In this document: positions 5,873 to 14,965 of the stretch, piece by piece
How the letters are laid out: the number at the start of each line of letters is the position of its first letter
How positions within the stretch are numbered: position 1 is the stretch's first letter
Source of the DNA: a virus
DNA: 41,216 nucleotides
Virus record (IMG/VR): IMGVR_UViG_3300036782_000053
Span: 1-41,216 of that record
Strand: one strand, 5' to 3'
Position numbers and translations under genes: made by a program
The notes under the pieces: model-generated
Database searches by the model: none
What the model was told of the DNA's origin: nothing
What the model saw: only the letters and a program-made list of their open reading frames with translations

Positions 5873-6490
5873 ATGAAACCTGATGAGTTGTTCGAAGAGA
5901 AACAACATCTAGTATTCTTTGCAATAAAAGATCAATTTGGAAGTTACGAAATAGCTAAATTAATAGCAGAAAGAAATAATATGGAAATGGAAGATTTAAT
6001 TCAAGTTGCTAAATTAACGCTGTGGGAATTGTGCTTAAAATACGATCCAGAAAAAGATACTGGGTTTAAAACATATGCATTAACACATATGAAATGGCGT
6101 ATGAGTGACGAAATACATGAAAGAGGAACAGCATTTAAAGTAACTCGTTGGACTAAGCCTGAAGAACGAAACAAAATCAATACAAGACCAATTGATTTAC
6201 ATGCAAATGGTGAAATTGTGGAGGGATTCTTTGCGGTATCCACAATAGATGTGGCGAAGGAAGCTATAGTGTCAGTTGAATTTCAGCAAGCATTGGATTT
6301 GTTAACAGATGAAGAAAGACTGATTTTAATCAGAAAATCACAAGGTTATACAGACAGTGAAATTTCTAATGAAATCGGAAAAACTAGACAAATCATTCAT
6401 AAGAAGAAGAAAAGAGCGTTTTTAAAAATCAATCCTGATTATAAAAGCGTAATACAAAAGAAAAACCACCTGCTCCAACAGGTGATCTAA
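5873..6490 (+). CDS. Sigma-70 family (ECF-like) RNA polymerase sigma factor
   Basis: Region 2-like DLIQVAKLTLWELCLKYDPEKDTGFKTYALTHMKWRMSDEI and region 4-like LTDEERLILIRKSQGYTDSEISNEIGKTRQIIHKKKKRAF. Confidence 0.8.
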   Translation: MKPDELFEEKQHLVFFAIKDQFGSYEIAKLIAERNNMEMEDLIQVAKLTLWELCLKYDPEKDTGFKTYALTHMKWRMSDEIHERGTAFKVTRWTKPEERNKINTRPIDLHANGEIVEGFFAVSTIDVAKEAIVSVEFQQALDLLTDEERLILIRKSQGYTDSEISNEIGKTRQIIHKKKKRAFLKINPDYKSVIQKKNHLLQQVI

Positions 6491-6549
6491 GAAAATAAAT
6501 TTTCAACGTCATTATAGCACGAAATTTAATAATAAGGGAGTGGACAAGC

Positions 6550-6759
6550 ATGGGAAAGTTCACAGAAGACCAAATTAAACGAGCGGCTGCTAATAGAGTA
6601 AGTATATCAATGTTGTATACTCGTACCCGTAAAGGTATGGATATAGAAACAGCGATAACTACACCAAAAATGTCAAAGGCTGAAGCCGGACGTAAAGGTG
6701 CTGCTAATCAACCTCCATTTACAGTGAAAAAAGCTGAGAAAGGAGTGTACTATGTATGA
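6550..6759 (+). CDS. Hypothetical protein (69 aa)
   Basis: AAGGGAG RBS. Co-oriented, tightly packed early-operon ORF. Confidence 0.6.
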   Translation: MGKFTEDQIKRAAANRVSISMLYTRTRKGMDIETAITTPKMSKAEAGRKGAANQPPFTVKKAEKGVYYV

Positions 6760-7058
6760 GTATGAAAGAAGTTACTGAAGCTGTACGTGCTATTCGAGAA
6801 GCGAAAAATGAACATGGAATTATCAGTGTTCGTGGAAATGAAATACATCTTAATAATGAAGTTTTAGAATCATTGCTAGATGAATCTAAGATCAAACCGT
6901 TAATAAGCAATCGTGAATCAAAACATTACCCTTATGAAGTTTCGTTTATCAATGACAATGTAATCTATTACTCTCTCTACACTTCAGAAAGAATGGAAGA
7001 GAAAATTGGAGGGATACCAAATAGTAGAAAACTCAATGATTGTCGGGAATCGTCATGA
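6756..7058 (+). CDS. Hypothetical protein (100 aa)
   Basis: AAAGGAG RBS. 4-nt overlap with the upstream gene. Confidence 0.6.
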   Translation: MSMKEVTEAVRAIREAKNEHGIISVRGNEIHLNNEVLESLLDESKIKPLISNRESKHYPYEVSFINDNVIYYSLYTSERMEEKIGGIPNSRKLNDCRESS

Positions 7059-7221
7059 TTCAGTTATAAGTGATGTTATGGGTGATTGTAAAAGTTGTGG
7101 TAAGGAAATCTATTTTGGTGAAGAGTACCGGGATATTGATGGTGATTACATACACGATGAAACAGAATGCATCAAACAATATGTAGAGTCTCATTCCATA
7201 AAGAAAGTAGCGGGTGAGTAA
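7006..7221 (+). CDS. Hypothetical small protein with a CxxC motif (start uncertain)
   Basis: ORF with DCKSCGKEIYFGEEY. Overlaps the previous gene. Possible TTG start at 7006 or internal ATG. Confidence 0.45.
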   Translation: MEGYQIVENSMIVGNRHDSVISDVMGDCKSCGKEIYFGEEYRDIDGDYIHDETECIKQYVESHSIKKVAGE

Positions 7222-7414
7222 TTTGAATGCTGCTATTAAAGAATTAGAAAAGTCATTAAGTGTGGAACAACGAAGATTGGGTGATTATCAACGAGATCTA
7301 GAAAGAATGGAAGAAAAGAAACCAATCGTTAAACAAAATATTCAGGACACTGAAAGCAATATCCAGGATATTGAAGCTTCTATTTTTGTTCTAAAAAGTA
7401 TGGTAAAGGAGTGA
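7214..7414 (+). CDS. Hypothetical coiled-coil protein (66 aa)
   Basis: Heptad-like charged sequence. GTG or TTG start after GGGTGAG. Confidence 0.5.
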   Translation: MSNLNAAIKELEKSLSVEQRRLGDYQRDLERMEEKKPIVKQNIQDTESNIQDIEASIFVLKSMVKE

Positions 7415-7419
7415 ATTAA

Positions 7420-8112
7420 TTGGAAATCACAAACGGTGCTGCAATTACCAAAAGTAAAAAGGCAAAAATCATTATCTATTCAAAGCCAGGTAACGGTAAA
7501 ACAACGGTTGCTGGGTTGTTACCAGGTAAAACATTAGTCCTGGATATCGATGGGACAAGCCAAGTTTTAGAAGGATATGAAAATGTAGATGTAGCTAAGA
7601 TTGATGGAACTAATCCACATGATAGCATCTTACAGTTCTTCGGAATCGCAAAAGCGAGCATTGGTAAGTATGACAACATCTTTATCGATAACTTAACGCA
7701 TTATCAAAAGTTATGGCTGCTTAATAAAGGTGAAAAGACAAAAAGCGGTATGCCAGAATTAAAAGACTACGCTTTACTAGATAATCATCTTTTGAAATTA
7801 GTAGAAACATTTAATTCATTAGATGCAAATATCATTTTCACAGCTTGGGAAACAACAAGAAATATTACTCATGATGATGGTCAACAATACACGCAATTCG
7901 TTCCTGACATTAGGGATAAAATCGTCAATCACATTATGGGAATTGTTCATGTTGTTGGTCAATTAGTTAAAAAGGCAGATGGTACAAGAGGATTTGTTTT
8001 AGAAGGCAATCAAAGTATCTTCGCTAAGAACCATCTCGATGCGCGTCTCGGTTGCATACAAGAAGAATTAATAGTGTCATCCACAAATGAGAAAACAGGG
8101 GGAAATAAATAA
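7420..8112 (+). CDS. AAA_24/Sak4-like RecA-fold ATPase
   Basis: Walker A YSKPGNGKTT followed by LVLDIDGTS. AAAGGAG RBS before the TTG start. Typical partner of DUF669 and primase-helicase genes. Confidence 0.75.
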   Translation: MEITNGAAITKSKKAKIIIYSKPGNGKTTVAGLLPGKTLVLDIDGTSQVLEGYENVDVAKIDGTNPHDSILQFFGIAKASIGKYDNIFIDNLTHYQKLWLLNKGEKTKSGMPELKDYALLDNHLLKLVETFNSLDANIIFTAWETTRNITHDDGQQYTQFVPDIRDKIVNHIMGIVHVVGQLVKKADGTRGFVLEGNQSIFAKNHLDARLGCIQEELIVSSTNEKTGGNK

Positions 8113-8591
8113 TGTCATTCTTTAAATTCGATGAAACAAACGTAAGTAAAGGTTTTGAGGTAGTAGCAGAAGGGAAATATGAGGCCATTATTGTAAATGC
8201 AACAGCAAAATATTTTCAAGGTCATCCAACATTAGAGCTAGATTTCGAAATTCGTTCAGATGTTTCGCAACCATACCAAGGTGAAAAGGTTTTATATAAT
8301 ACATTCTATTTCCACAATGACAATCCTGAATATCAAGAAAATAATATTAAAAGGATTAACGGTTTGATTGCGGCTTGTAATTTTCCTGATGGAGTTTCAT
8401 TTGCAAGTGCTGAAGATATGGCAAAGCAGTTATTCAATAAATCATTATTAATCACGGTTAAACATCAAGAAGATAAAAAAGATAGTACTAAGAAATATCC
8501 TAAAGCTAGATTTTTCAATAAATCTAAAGTGGATTCTCCATCACCAGTTGGCGAACCAATTAATATTGGTGATGAATCACTCCCGTTCTAA
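8112..8591 (+). CDS. DUF669-like phage protein (putative ssDNA-binding)
   Basis: 159 aa. Conserved position after the Sak4-like ATPase. N-terminal EGKYEAIIVNA pattern. Confidence 0.55.
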   Translation: MSFFKFDETNVSKGFEVVAEGKYEAIIVNATAKYFQGHPTLELDFEIRSDVSQPYQGEKVLYNTFYFHNDNPEYQENNIKRINGLIAACNFPDGVSFASAEDMAKQLFNKSLLITVKHQEDKKDSTKKYPKARFFNKSKVDSPSPVGEPINIGDESLPF

Positions 8592-8611
8592 ATAGAATTA
8601 ACAATTTAATA

Positions 8612-8645
8612 GAGAGGTTGGTTTTAACCGACTTCTCTTTTTTAT
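8612..8645 (+). terminator. Rho-independent terminator
   Basis: AGAGAGGTTGG-TTTTAA-CCGACTTCTCT followed by TTTTTT. Confidence 0.8.
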
Positions 8646-8672
8646 ACCCTAAAAGGCTAATCGGAGGGCGAA

Positions 8673-11015
8673 ATGAAAAAGAATCCATACAATTTTAATG
8701 AAATTCCTGCCGAGTTAAAGGCCCTTCCTCAGTGGATATTGTGGAAGTTCGAAACACGTAACGGTAAGCAGACAAAAGTTCCGTGCCAGGTAACTGGTGA
8801 AATGGCTCAGGCAAATAACAGACGTACTTGGTCAACGTTTGCAACAGCGGTCAAATTCTACTTGGAAGGCGACTATGACGGAATAGGGTTTGTATTCAGT
8901 AGGCAGGACAATTATATAGGAATAGATATTGATAAGTGTGTCACGGACGGAAAAACAAATGCTTTTGCGACGGAAATCATCGATACATTAGATAGCTATA
9001 CAGAGTTTTCACCTTCAGAGAAAGGCATCCACATCATCATCAAAGGTAGTCTTCCACAATCTGTTTTAGGTACTGGACGTAAAAATACAAAGCACGGTTT
9101 AGAAATTTACTCATACGGCCGATTCTTTACCTTCACTGGAAACCGTGAAAATTCTAATGATGTTTACGATCGTACGGATGAACTAGCAGAAGTGTTTGAA
9201 CAGTATTTTGATGATAGTGACATTCAAGGGCGAGTGAATTTAGCGGAATTTGAAAAAGACGAAATTAAAATTTCAAATGAAGCATTATGGGACAGAATGT
9301 TCCGCAGTAAAAACGGTGATGAAATTCGTTCATTATACAACGGCAGCTTAGTTAATGAGGACCATTCAGCGAGTGACCTTGCTTTATGTAATCACTTAGC
9401 ATTCTGGACAGGTAATTCAGCAACTCGAATGGATTCAATGTTTCGTGAAACTAGCTTAATTCGTGATAAATGGGACGTTATTCACTTTAGCGATACAAAC
9501 GAAACATACGGTGAAAGAACAATAGGAGTAGCCATTTCCTCCACATCTACAACTATCTTAGACAACAAACAGCAATTCGAAGAATTTTCATTTGATTTTA
9601 TAAATGAGGATGCAGCTGAAGTTGTGGAGGACAAGCCTAAAAAGAAATTCCGTTTAACAGAACTAGGAAACGCTGAACGTATCGCATATGAATACGGCCA
9701 TGTAATTAAATTTGTTAATGATATTGGTTGGTTTATATGGGATGGAAAACGATGGAGAATAGACAACAAAAAAGAGATTGAAAGAATTACAGCAAAGGTG
9801 CTTCGTGGTCTTAATAAATCTGAAGATGAATCAGAAATGAAATGGGCGCGGATGTGTGAGCGTAGAAATGTACGAATGAATAGCATTAAGGATCTTATGC
9901 CATTGGTTCCAGGAGAACGTGCAGAATTCGATAAACATAAATACCTGTTAAATGTAGAAAACGGCATTGTTGATTTAAAAACAGGTAAGCTGCAGCAACA
10001 TGATCGAGATCTTGGATTAACTAAAATCACCAATATTACATTTGATGAGAACGCCAAATGTCCAACATGGATAACATTCTTAGACCAAATATTCTTAGGA
10101 GATAAAGCCCTTATAGAGTACATGCAAAGATTGATTGGTTACAGTTTGACAGGTGATATTTCAGAACAAATTATGATGTTTTTAGTCGGTGGAGGTTCCA
10201 ACGGAAAATCGACCTTTATCAATATTATCAAAGACATTATGGGCGACTACGGAAAACAAGCTAAATCAGATACTTTCATTAAAAAGAAAGAATCAGGGGC
10301 AAATAATGACATTGCTAGGTTGGTAGGCTCTCGCTTTGTATCAGCGATTGAAAGTGAAGAAGGAGAAAAGCTTGCTGATTCATTCGTTAAACAAATTACA
10401 GGCGGTGAGCCAGTATTAGCACGTTTTCTTCGACAAGAATTCTTTGAATTTATTCCAGAATTTAAAGTGTTCTTCACAACTAACCATAAACCTATTATTG
10501 GTGGACTTGATGAAGGGATTTGGCGACGTGTCAAATTGATTCCATTCAATCTTAATTTACCAGCTCATAAACGCGATAAACGATTACCCGAAAAGTTATC
10601 TCTTGAAATGCCTGGGATTTTGAATTGGGCAATTGAAGGCTGCATGAAGTGGCAGCAAGATGGATTGAAAGAACCTAAAGTGGTAGCGGAAGCAACAGGG
10701 AAATATAAAGACGATATGGATATTTTAGCTCCATTTCTTGATGAAGTTTGTTATGTAGATGAGCGTGAAAATGAATCAGTCATGATTGAAGCCAAAGAAT
10801 TATACAACGTTTATGAAAGATGGTGCTTTAATTCCGGCGAACGATCTCTAGGTAATAGATCATTTTATCGCATGTTAGAAACAAAAGGGTTTGGAAAAAC
10901 AAAGGGCACTGGCAATAAAACGTTTATTACAGGGATTACTTTAAATGAACGCAAGCCAGTTATTAAAGGGGTTACTCAAACAAGTGAAAACAGCAATTTC
11001 AAGGTTACTCAATAA
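8673..11015 (+). CDS. Bifunctional primase-polymerase / D5-P4-type replicative helicase
   Basis: 780 aa. Prim-pol N terminus (PQWILWKFETRNGKQTKVP, GIDIDKC). C-terminal Walker A VGGGSNGKST and Walker B-like region. Confidence 0.85.
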   Translation: MKKNPYNFNEIPAELKALPQWILWKFETRNGKQTKVPCQVTGEMAQANNRRTWSTFATAVKFYLEGDYDGIGFVFSRQDNYIGIDIDKCVTDGKTNAFATEIIDTLDSYTEFSPSEKGIHIIIKGSLPQSVLGTGRKNTKHGLEIYSYGRFFTFTGNRENSNDVYDRTDELAEVFEQYFDDSDIQGRVNLAEFEKDEIKISNEALWDRMFRSKNGDEIRSLYNGSLVNEDHSASDLALCNHLAFWTGNSATRMDSMFRETSLIRDKWDVIHFSDTNETYGERTIGVAISSTSTTILDNKQQFEEFSFDFINEDAAEVVEDKPKKKFRLTELGNAERIAYEYGHVIKFVNDIGWFIWDGKRWRIDNKKEIERITAKVLRGLNKSEDESEMKWARMCERRNVRMNSIKDLMPLVPGERAEFDKHKYLLNVENGIVDLKTGKLQQHDRDLGLTKITNITFDENAKCPTWITFLDQIFLGDKALIEYMQRLIGYSLTGDISEQIMMFLVGGGSNGKSTFINIIKDIMGDYGKQAKSDTFIKKKESGANNDIARLVGSRFVSAIESEEGEKLADSFVKQITGGEPVLARFLRQEFFEFIPEFKVFFTTNHKPIIGGLDEGIWRRVKLIPFNLNLPAHKRDKRLPEKLSLEMPGILNWAIEGCMKWQQDGLKEPKVVAEATGKYKDDMDILAPFLDEVCYVDERENESVMIEAKELYNVYERWCFNSGERSLGNRSFYRMLETKGFGKTKGTGNKTFITGITLNERKPVIKGVTQTSENSNFKVTQ

Positions 11016-11325
11016 CTTTTTTGTTAGCTAAATAACTTTCAGTAACTTTTAATAACTGCTCGAAAATCCAGTCATATCAAGGGTTTAGGTTACCTTTTAT
11101 ATCTGTTTAGTTATTTTAGTTATTTGGTTTTTGTATTAATAAAAAAATAAAAATAAATATATATATATATATTCTGTAATGCCCAGTACCGATAACTAAA
11201 ATAACGAATTAGGGTCAAACCCTTGGGGCTGTAAGGATGAAGTGAGTTATTTTAAATAACTATTAGTTAATAAAGAGCGTTTTTGACGATTTCAGTAACT
11301 GTTTAATAACGGTTTAGTAATAGAG
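11016..11325. other. Candidate lytic replication origin: AATAAC/GTTATT iterons flanking an A/T block and an (AT)8 tract
   Basis: More than 10 copies of (A/T)AATAAC(T/G) or its complement in both orientations. AAAAAAATAAAAATAAAT followed by (AT)8 at 11157-11172. No ORF. Directly downstream of the primase-helicase. Confidence 0.5.
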
Positions 11326-11334
11326 GTGAGAGGT

Positions 11335-11763
11335 TTGAAAGTTTTAGAAATCATAAGCTCAATTTGGAAATCAGGCGCAAATATCTATCTTGATCCGAAG
11401 GATGGACGTATCGGAATAAAACGAAAGGACTTAATCCCAGCGAAAGTAATGCAAGCTGCTGAAAAGAATTTCAATGAGATTGATACTTGGTTTAAGTCCT
11501 GGAAGGATGCAAATAACGAAAAAGTTACTATATTGAAGATATTTTATGAGTTTTCTGGTTGGAAACATAACCAAAAGTTACATGATTGGTTGCTTGCCGA
11601 TACGGATTCATTACAAATGTTCTATGACTGGACAACCATTCTTGCAAATAACGGTTGGACAGATATGTATGATGACCATCGTCAATTTGAAAATGATGAA
11701 TCAAATGCAATGGCAAGAAAGATATATGAACGGGCGGTTTTATATGCAAAGAGAGGGGCATGA
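11335..11763 (+). CDS. Hypothetical protein (142 aa)
   Basis: TTG start 11335 after GAGGTGAGAGG. W-rich C-terminal half. Confidence 0.6.
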   Translation: MKVLEIISSIWKSGANIYLDPKDGRIGIKRKDLIPAKVMQAAEKNFNEIDTWFKSWKDANNEKVTILKIFYEFSGWKHNQKLHDWLLADTDSLQMFYDWTTILANNGWTDMYDDHRQFENDESNAMARKIYERAVLYAKRGA

Positions 11764-12176
11764 AAATGAGAGAAATTAAGTTTCGTTTATTTAGCAAAGA
11801 TACAAATAAGGTGATTTATCCAACTGAAAATAATTGGTTTGATAAAGCGTTTACGGGTAAAAATGGAGTTTTGCAAAGTATAAGGATAGATGTAGCACTT
11901 GAAAATCCTGACAAGGTTGAAGTTATGCAATACACAGGATTAAAAGATAAGAAAGGCAAGGAGATTTATGAAGGGGATATAGTAAGTCGTCATGAAGGTG
12001 GAATTCATTTTCAAGAAGAGCCGCTTGCTGAACACGTTGTTAAATGGGGCAACTTCGGATGGCTACCTTTTGAAATTGGTGAAGGTTATCAAAAATGTGT
12101 ATATGGTGAAATTTATGAGTTTATAGTAATCGGAAATATCTACGGAAATCCAGAGTTACTGGGGGTATCTAAATGA
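11760..12176 (+). CDS. YopX-family protein
   Basis: MREIKFRLF N terminus and IGNIYGNPELL C terminus, both typical of YopX. Confidence 0.75.
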   Translation: MKMREIKFRLFSKDTNKVIYPTENNWFDKAFTGKNGVLQSIRIDVALENPDKVEVMQYTGLKDKKGKEIYEGDIVSRHEGGIHFQEEPLAEHVVKWGNFGWLPFEIGEGYQKCVYGEIYEFIVIGNIYGNPELLGVSK

Positions 12177-12505
12177 GTGTAAATAGTAAAAGTTATGTCC
12201 TTATTGGATACGACCTAATGCCAGTAATTAAAAATATGAATGCCGATCAACTGGATGAATGGTTAGAAAAAATGGAAAAAGAAGTACCGGATGATAAAAA
12301 TTACGAATTTATTTTTGATGGTATGAGTGGCGATTATTGCTTTATCGGTTACGTGTTAAATAAAGAAATTAAGTATGAAGGTATGCCTGTAAAAAAATAT
12401 TGGGTAAGTGATTTGGATGAAATTAAGTTAAATATTTTTAAACAATTCGAGCATTTGAAAATCCATCAGTACCCTGCTTTATACTCATTTACTCATTGGT
12501 ATTAA
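12173..12505 (+). CDS. Hypothetical protein (110 aa)
   Basis: Overlapping start and stop with neighbouring genes. Coding-like composition. Confidence 0.6.
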   Translation: MSVNSKSYVLIGYDLMPVIKNMNADQLDEWLEKMEKEVPDDKNYEFIFDGMSGDYCFIGYVLNKEIKYEGMPVKKYWVSDLDEIKLNIFKQFEHLKIHQYPALYSFTHWY

Positions 12506-12519
12506 AAGGAGGGGTTAGA

Positions 12520-13059
12520 ATGATTCGTTTCCATTACACAGATAAAGAAATAGAAAAAATCCTTAAAACACTCACAATCGTGATTGATACAAGAGAACAA
12601 CAGAACCAACATATTCGTGATTATTTACATCAAAAAGGCATACCGATTAAAAATCAAAAGTTAGACACTGGTGATTATTCTGCTTTAATTCCTAAAAATG
12701 AAGAATTAGGAATTGCACGTGATATCTACTTAGATAGCCGAATAGAACGAAAAGCTCACATGGATGAGATTACAGGTAACTTACAAAAGGATAAACAAAC
12801 AGCATTTGAAAATGAGTTAATTCGTTCGAAAGACATTCCATTCACTCTAATTGTGGAAGACCTAAACGGATACGAAAAGATGCTAAAAGGCCAATATGTT
12901 TCAAGATACAAACCATTAGCATTACTCGGGAGACTTAATACATTTAAAGCAAAATACAACTTTGAAATTGTGTATTTAGATAAAAAATTCAGTGGTAACT
13001 GGATATATCATCATTTTTATTATCAAGCTAGACATTATCTTAAAACAGGGATTTTCTAA
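12520..13059 (+). CDS. ERCC4-domain nuclease
   Basis: VIDTREQ, LDTGDY and IERKAHMDEI motifs. AAAGGAGGGG RBS before ATG 12520. Confidence 0.7.
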   Translation: MIRFHYTDKEIEKILKTLTIVIDTREQQNQHIRDYLHQKGIPIKNQKLDTGDYSALIPKNEELGIARDIYLDSRIERKAHMDEITGNLQKDKQTAFENELIRSKDIPFTLIVEDLNGYEKMLKGQYVSRYKPLALLGRLNTFKAKYNFEIVYLDKKFSGNWIYHHFYYQARHYLKTGIF

Positions 13060-13072
13060 GCAAGGAGAAGTA

Positions 13073-13216
13073 ATGGACAGGAAACAAATATACATCGATG
13101 TCCTAATACATAAGGGAATTTACAAAGAAGAAAATACAGGACGTCAGCTTTATGAAATGGATGAAAAAGAGTTATTCGAATTAATAAAAGGAGATGGGGA
13201 GAATGAGAGAAATTAA
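13073..13216 (+). CDS. Hypothetical 47-aa protein
   Basis: AAGGAGAAG RBS before ATG 13073. Translation MDRKQIYIDVLIHKGIYKEENTGRQLYEMDEKELFELIKGDGENERN. Confidence 0.5.
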   Translation: MDRKQIYIDVLIHKGIYKEENTGRQLYEMDEKELFELIKGDGENERN

Positions 13217-13607
13217 GTTCGATGCAATATACAAACCAACAGGAGAACATTTCACTCCAAGAAGCATTAATTTTGAAAGTCGCACAACACACGGAGAATT
13301 CGATGGTGAAGTAAATGACTGGTGTCACTTTTCACTTGATGGAAGTAACGGAGATGCAATTTTAAGGCAGTTCACAGGATTAACGGATTCTCGTGGGAAT
13401 GAAATTTTTGAGGGAGATATTCTGAAGTTTAATACTGATGCTCCAGGTGTTGTTGACTATTTTAGAGGTTCGTGGAGAGTAAAAACACCACCTAGATATA
13501 GTGGGGACGATTGGAGAACATCTCTTTGGGATGCAACGGTTGACGGTTATGAAATCATCGGAAATATCTATGAAAATAGCGATTTACTAAAAGGAGATGA
13601 AGAATAA
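13203..13607 (+). CDS. YopX-family protein (second paralog)
   Basis: MREIKFDAIYK N terminus and IGNIYENSDLL C terminus. AAAGGAG 9 nt upstream. Confidence 0.75.
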   Translation: MREIKFDAIYKPTGEHFTPRSINFESRTTHGEFDGEVNDWCHFSLDGSNGDAILRQFTGLTDSRGNEIFEGDILKFNTDAPGVVDYFRGSWRVKTPPRYSGDDWRTSLWDATVDGYEIIGNIYENSDLLKGDEE

Positions 13608-13676
13608 TGAAAGCGATGGAACATGGCACTTATGAAATTACTAAATTATTAGCAGAAGCAAAGGAGAATGAAGAGA

Positions 13677-13961
13677 ATGGCAACTAAGATTATTATGTAC
13701 ACGGGTGATAATTGCAGTAAGTGTAAGAGGGCTAAAGCTATGTTAGAAAGTTGTCCTGTTGATGTGGAAATTATAGAGAAAAATGTTGATGAAATTCCTG
13801 GTTTGAAATTGTATATGGAAAATATTTTAGATTCAAAAACTCTACCAACATTCACATATGAAACGATTGAAAAAGAAGATGGTGAAAACAAAATTAAAAT
13901 AAATGTTTTACGCGGTTTTGATGAAAACATCGGAAAGATTATGGAGCATTTAGGACTGTAG
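13677..13961 (+). CDS. Glutaredoxin/NrdH-like thioredoxin-fold protein
   Basis: KIIMYTGDNCSKCKRAKAML CxxC motif close to the N terminus. About 94 aa. Confidence 0.65.
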   Translation: MATKIIMYTGDNCSKCKRAKAMLESCPVDVEIIEKNVDEIPGLKLYMENILDSKTLPTFTYETIEKEDGENKIKINVLRGFDENIGKIMEHLGL

Positions 13962-13971
13962 GAGGGATTGC

Positions 13972-14139
13972 ATGAAGAAAGAAACTGAAATACAGGTGAA
14001 AGGTGAGCTTAAAGTAGTAGAAAGCGAGATTCGTAAGATGGAATATCACTTGGTTGGATTGGATAGCGAGAAGCGGAAGACGAAGAAGTCATTGGAAGAA
14101 TTGCAGGATAGAAAGAAAAAATTGAAGAGTTACTTATAA
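13972..14139 (+). CDS. Hypothetical 55-aa coiled-coil protein
   Basis: AGGAGGG RBS. Translation MKKETEIQVKGELKVVESEIRKMEYHLVGLDSEKRKTKKSLEELQDRKKKLKSYL. Below the track cutoff. Confidence 0.5.
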   Translation: MKKETEIQVKGELKVVESEIRKMEYHLVGLDSEKRKTKKSLEELQDRKKKLKSYL

Positions 14140-14152
14140 GGAGCGGATAGGA

Positions 14153-14647
14153 ATGAACTTACAAAAATTATTTGAAATACAAAAGGTATTAGATCAAAGA
14201 ATCGTTAAGGAACACGAATTAGAAAATAGATATTTGTTACCTGAAAAGGTGCTTGCTTTACAAGTTGAGTTAGGTGAATTGGCTAATGAATGGCGTGGTT
14301 TTAAGTTTTGGAGTAACAAACCAGCTTCTCCTAAAGAAAGTATTCTTGGTGAGTATGTGGATGGCTTACATTTTATCCTATCAATCGGATTAGAGCTAGA
14401 ATTTGATTTTGAGTTACCTGTATTGGCAATTGAACCTATTCAATGTAGTGATATTACACAGCAATTCAGCTATTTGTTTGCTGCTGATTGGGAGATTTAT
14501 GAACCTGGCGATGGCGCTTATTACCATGAAGGACTTGAGTTATTTATTGGATTAGGCTGGATGCTTGGTTTTACTTGGGAAGAGATTGAACAAGCATACA
14601 TGAAAAAGAATGAAGTAAACCATCAACGCCAGGACAACGGATATTAA
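14153..14647 (+). CDS. Dimeric (all-alpha) dUTPase-family protein
   Basis: LALQVELGELANEWRGFKFWS and EYVDGLHFILSIG motifs. AAGGAG RBS. Confidence 0.7.
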   Translation: MNLQKLFEIQKVLDQRIVKEHELENRYLLPEKVLALQVELGELANEWRGFKFWSNKPASPKESILGEYVDGLHFILSIGLELEFDFELPVLAIEPIQCSDITQQFSYLFAADWEIYEPGDGAYYHEGLELFIGLGWMLGFTWEEIEQAYMKKNEVNHQRQDNGY

Positions 14648-14667
14648 TTGAAAAGGAGAAAATAAAC

Positions 14668-14937
14668 ATGGCATATTCTCGCGATGAACAAGAAACAACT
14701 CTAGTTTTTGACAACAGTACAGGGGAGTGGATGGTTTACTCTTCTGTGCCGAAACACATTAGAAAACTTAGTAATCTATGTGATTTAAAAACCTTAGAAG
14801 AAGAGAATGGCAGACCGATAGCTGTTAAAGGTGTATTGCAAGAAAAACAAGTGAGTATGAAACAAGTTCGTGTGATGTCTGAAGAACAACGGAAACAAGC
14901 TGCTGAACGTTTAGCTAAAGCTAGAGAGAACTTTTAA
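14668..14937 (+). CDS. Hypothetical protein (89 aa)
   Basis: AAAAGGAG RBS. Co-oriented ORF. Confidence 0.6.
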   Translation: MAYSRDEQETTLVFDNSTGEWMVYSSVPKHIRKLSNLCDLKTLEEENGRPIAVKGVLQEKQVSMKQVRVMSEEQRKQAAERLAKARENF

Positions 14938-14965
14938 ACTTTATTAAGAAATGGAGAAAATAAAT

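Noticed and set aside
9482-10549. Long antisense ORFs inside the primase-helicase gene (213 aa and 100 aa)
   Set aside because: They lie entirely within a motif-supported plus-strand gene and have Ser/Leu/Phe-rich sequence typical of antisense frames of AT-rich coding DNA. The same reasoning applies to the antisense or off-frame ORFs at 4967..5209, 5699..5908, 6001..6243, 6719..6910, 7476..7679, 11528..11797, 11546..11779, 12756..12959, 13056..13328, 13649..13930, 15789..16031, 16003..16206, 16587..16778, 17657..17905, 19898..20080, 21298..21645, 23895..24116, 25012..25344, 26404..29689 (several), 33031..33587, 34393..34692, 37537..38033, 39465..40100 and 40261..40539.
13607-13687. 26-codon ORF (MKAMEHGTYEITKLLAEAKENEENGN) between the second YopX and the glutaredoxin-like gene
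   Set aside because: It is very short, overlaps the better-supported start of the next gene, and has no distinctive features. It is left unannotated.
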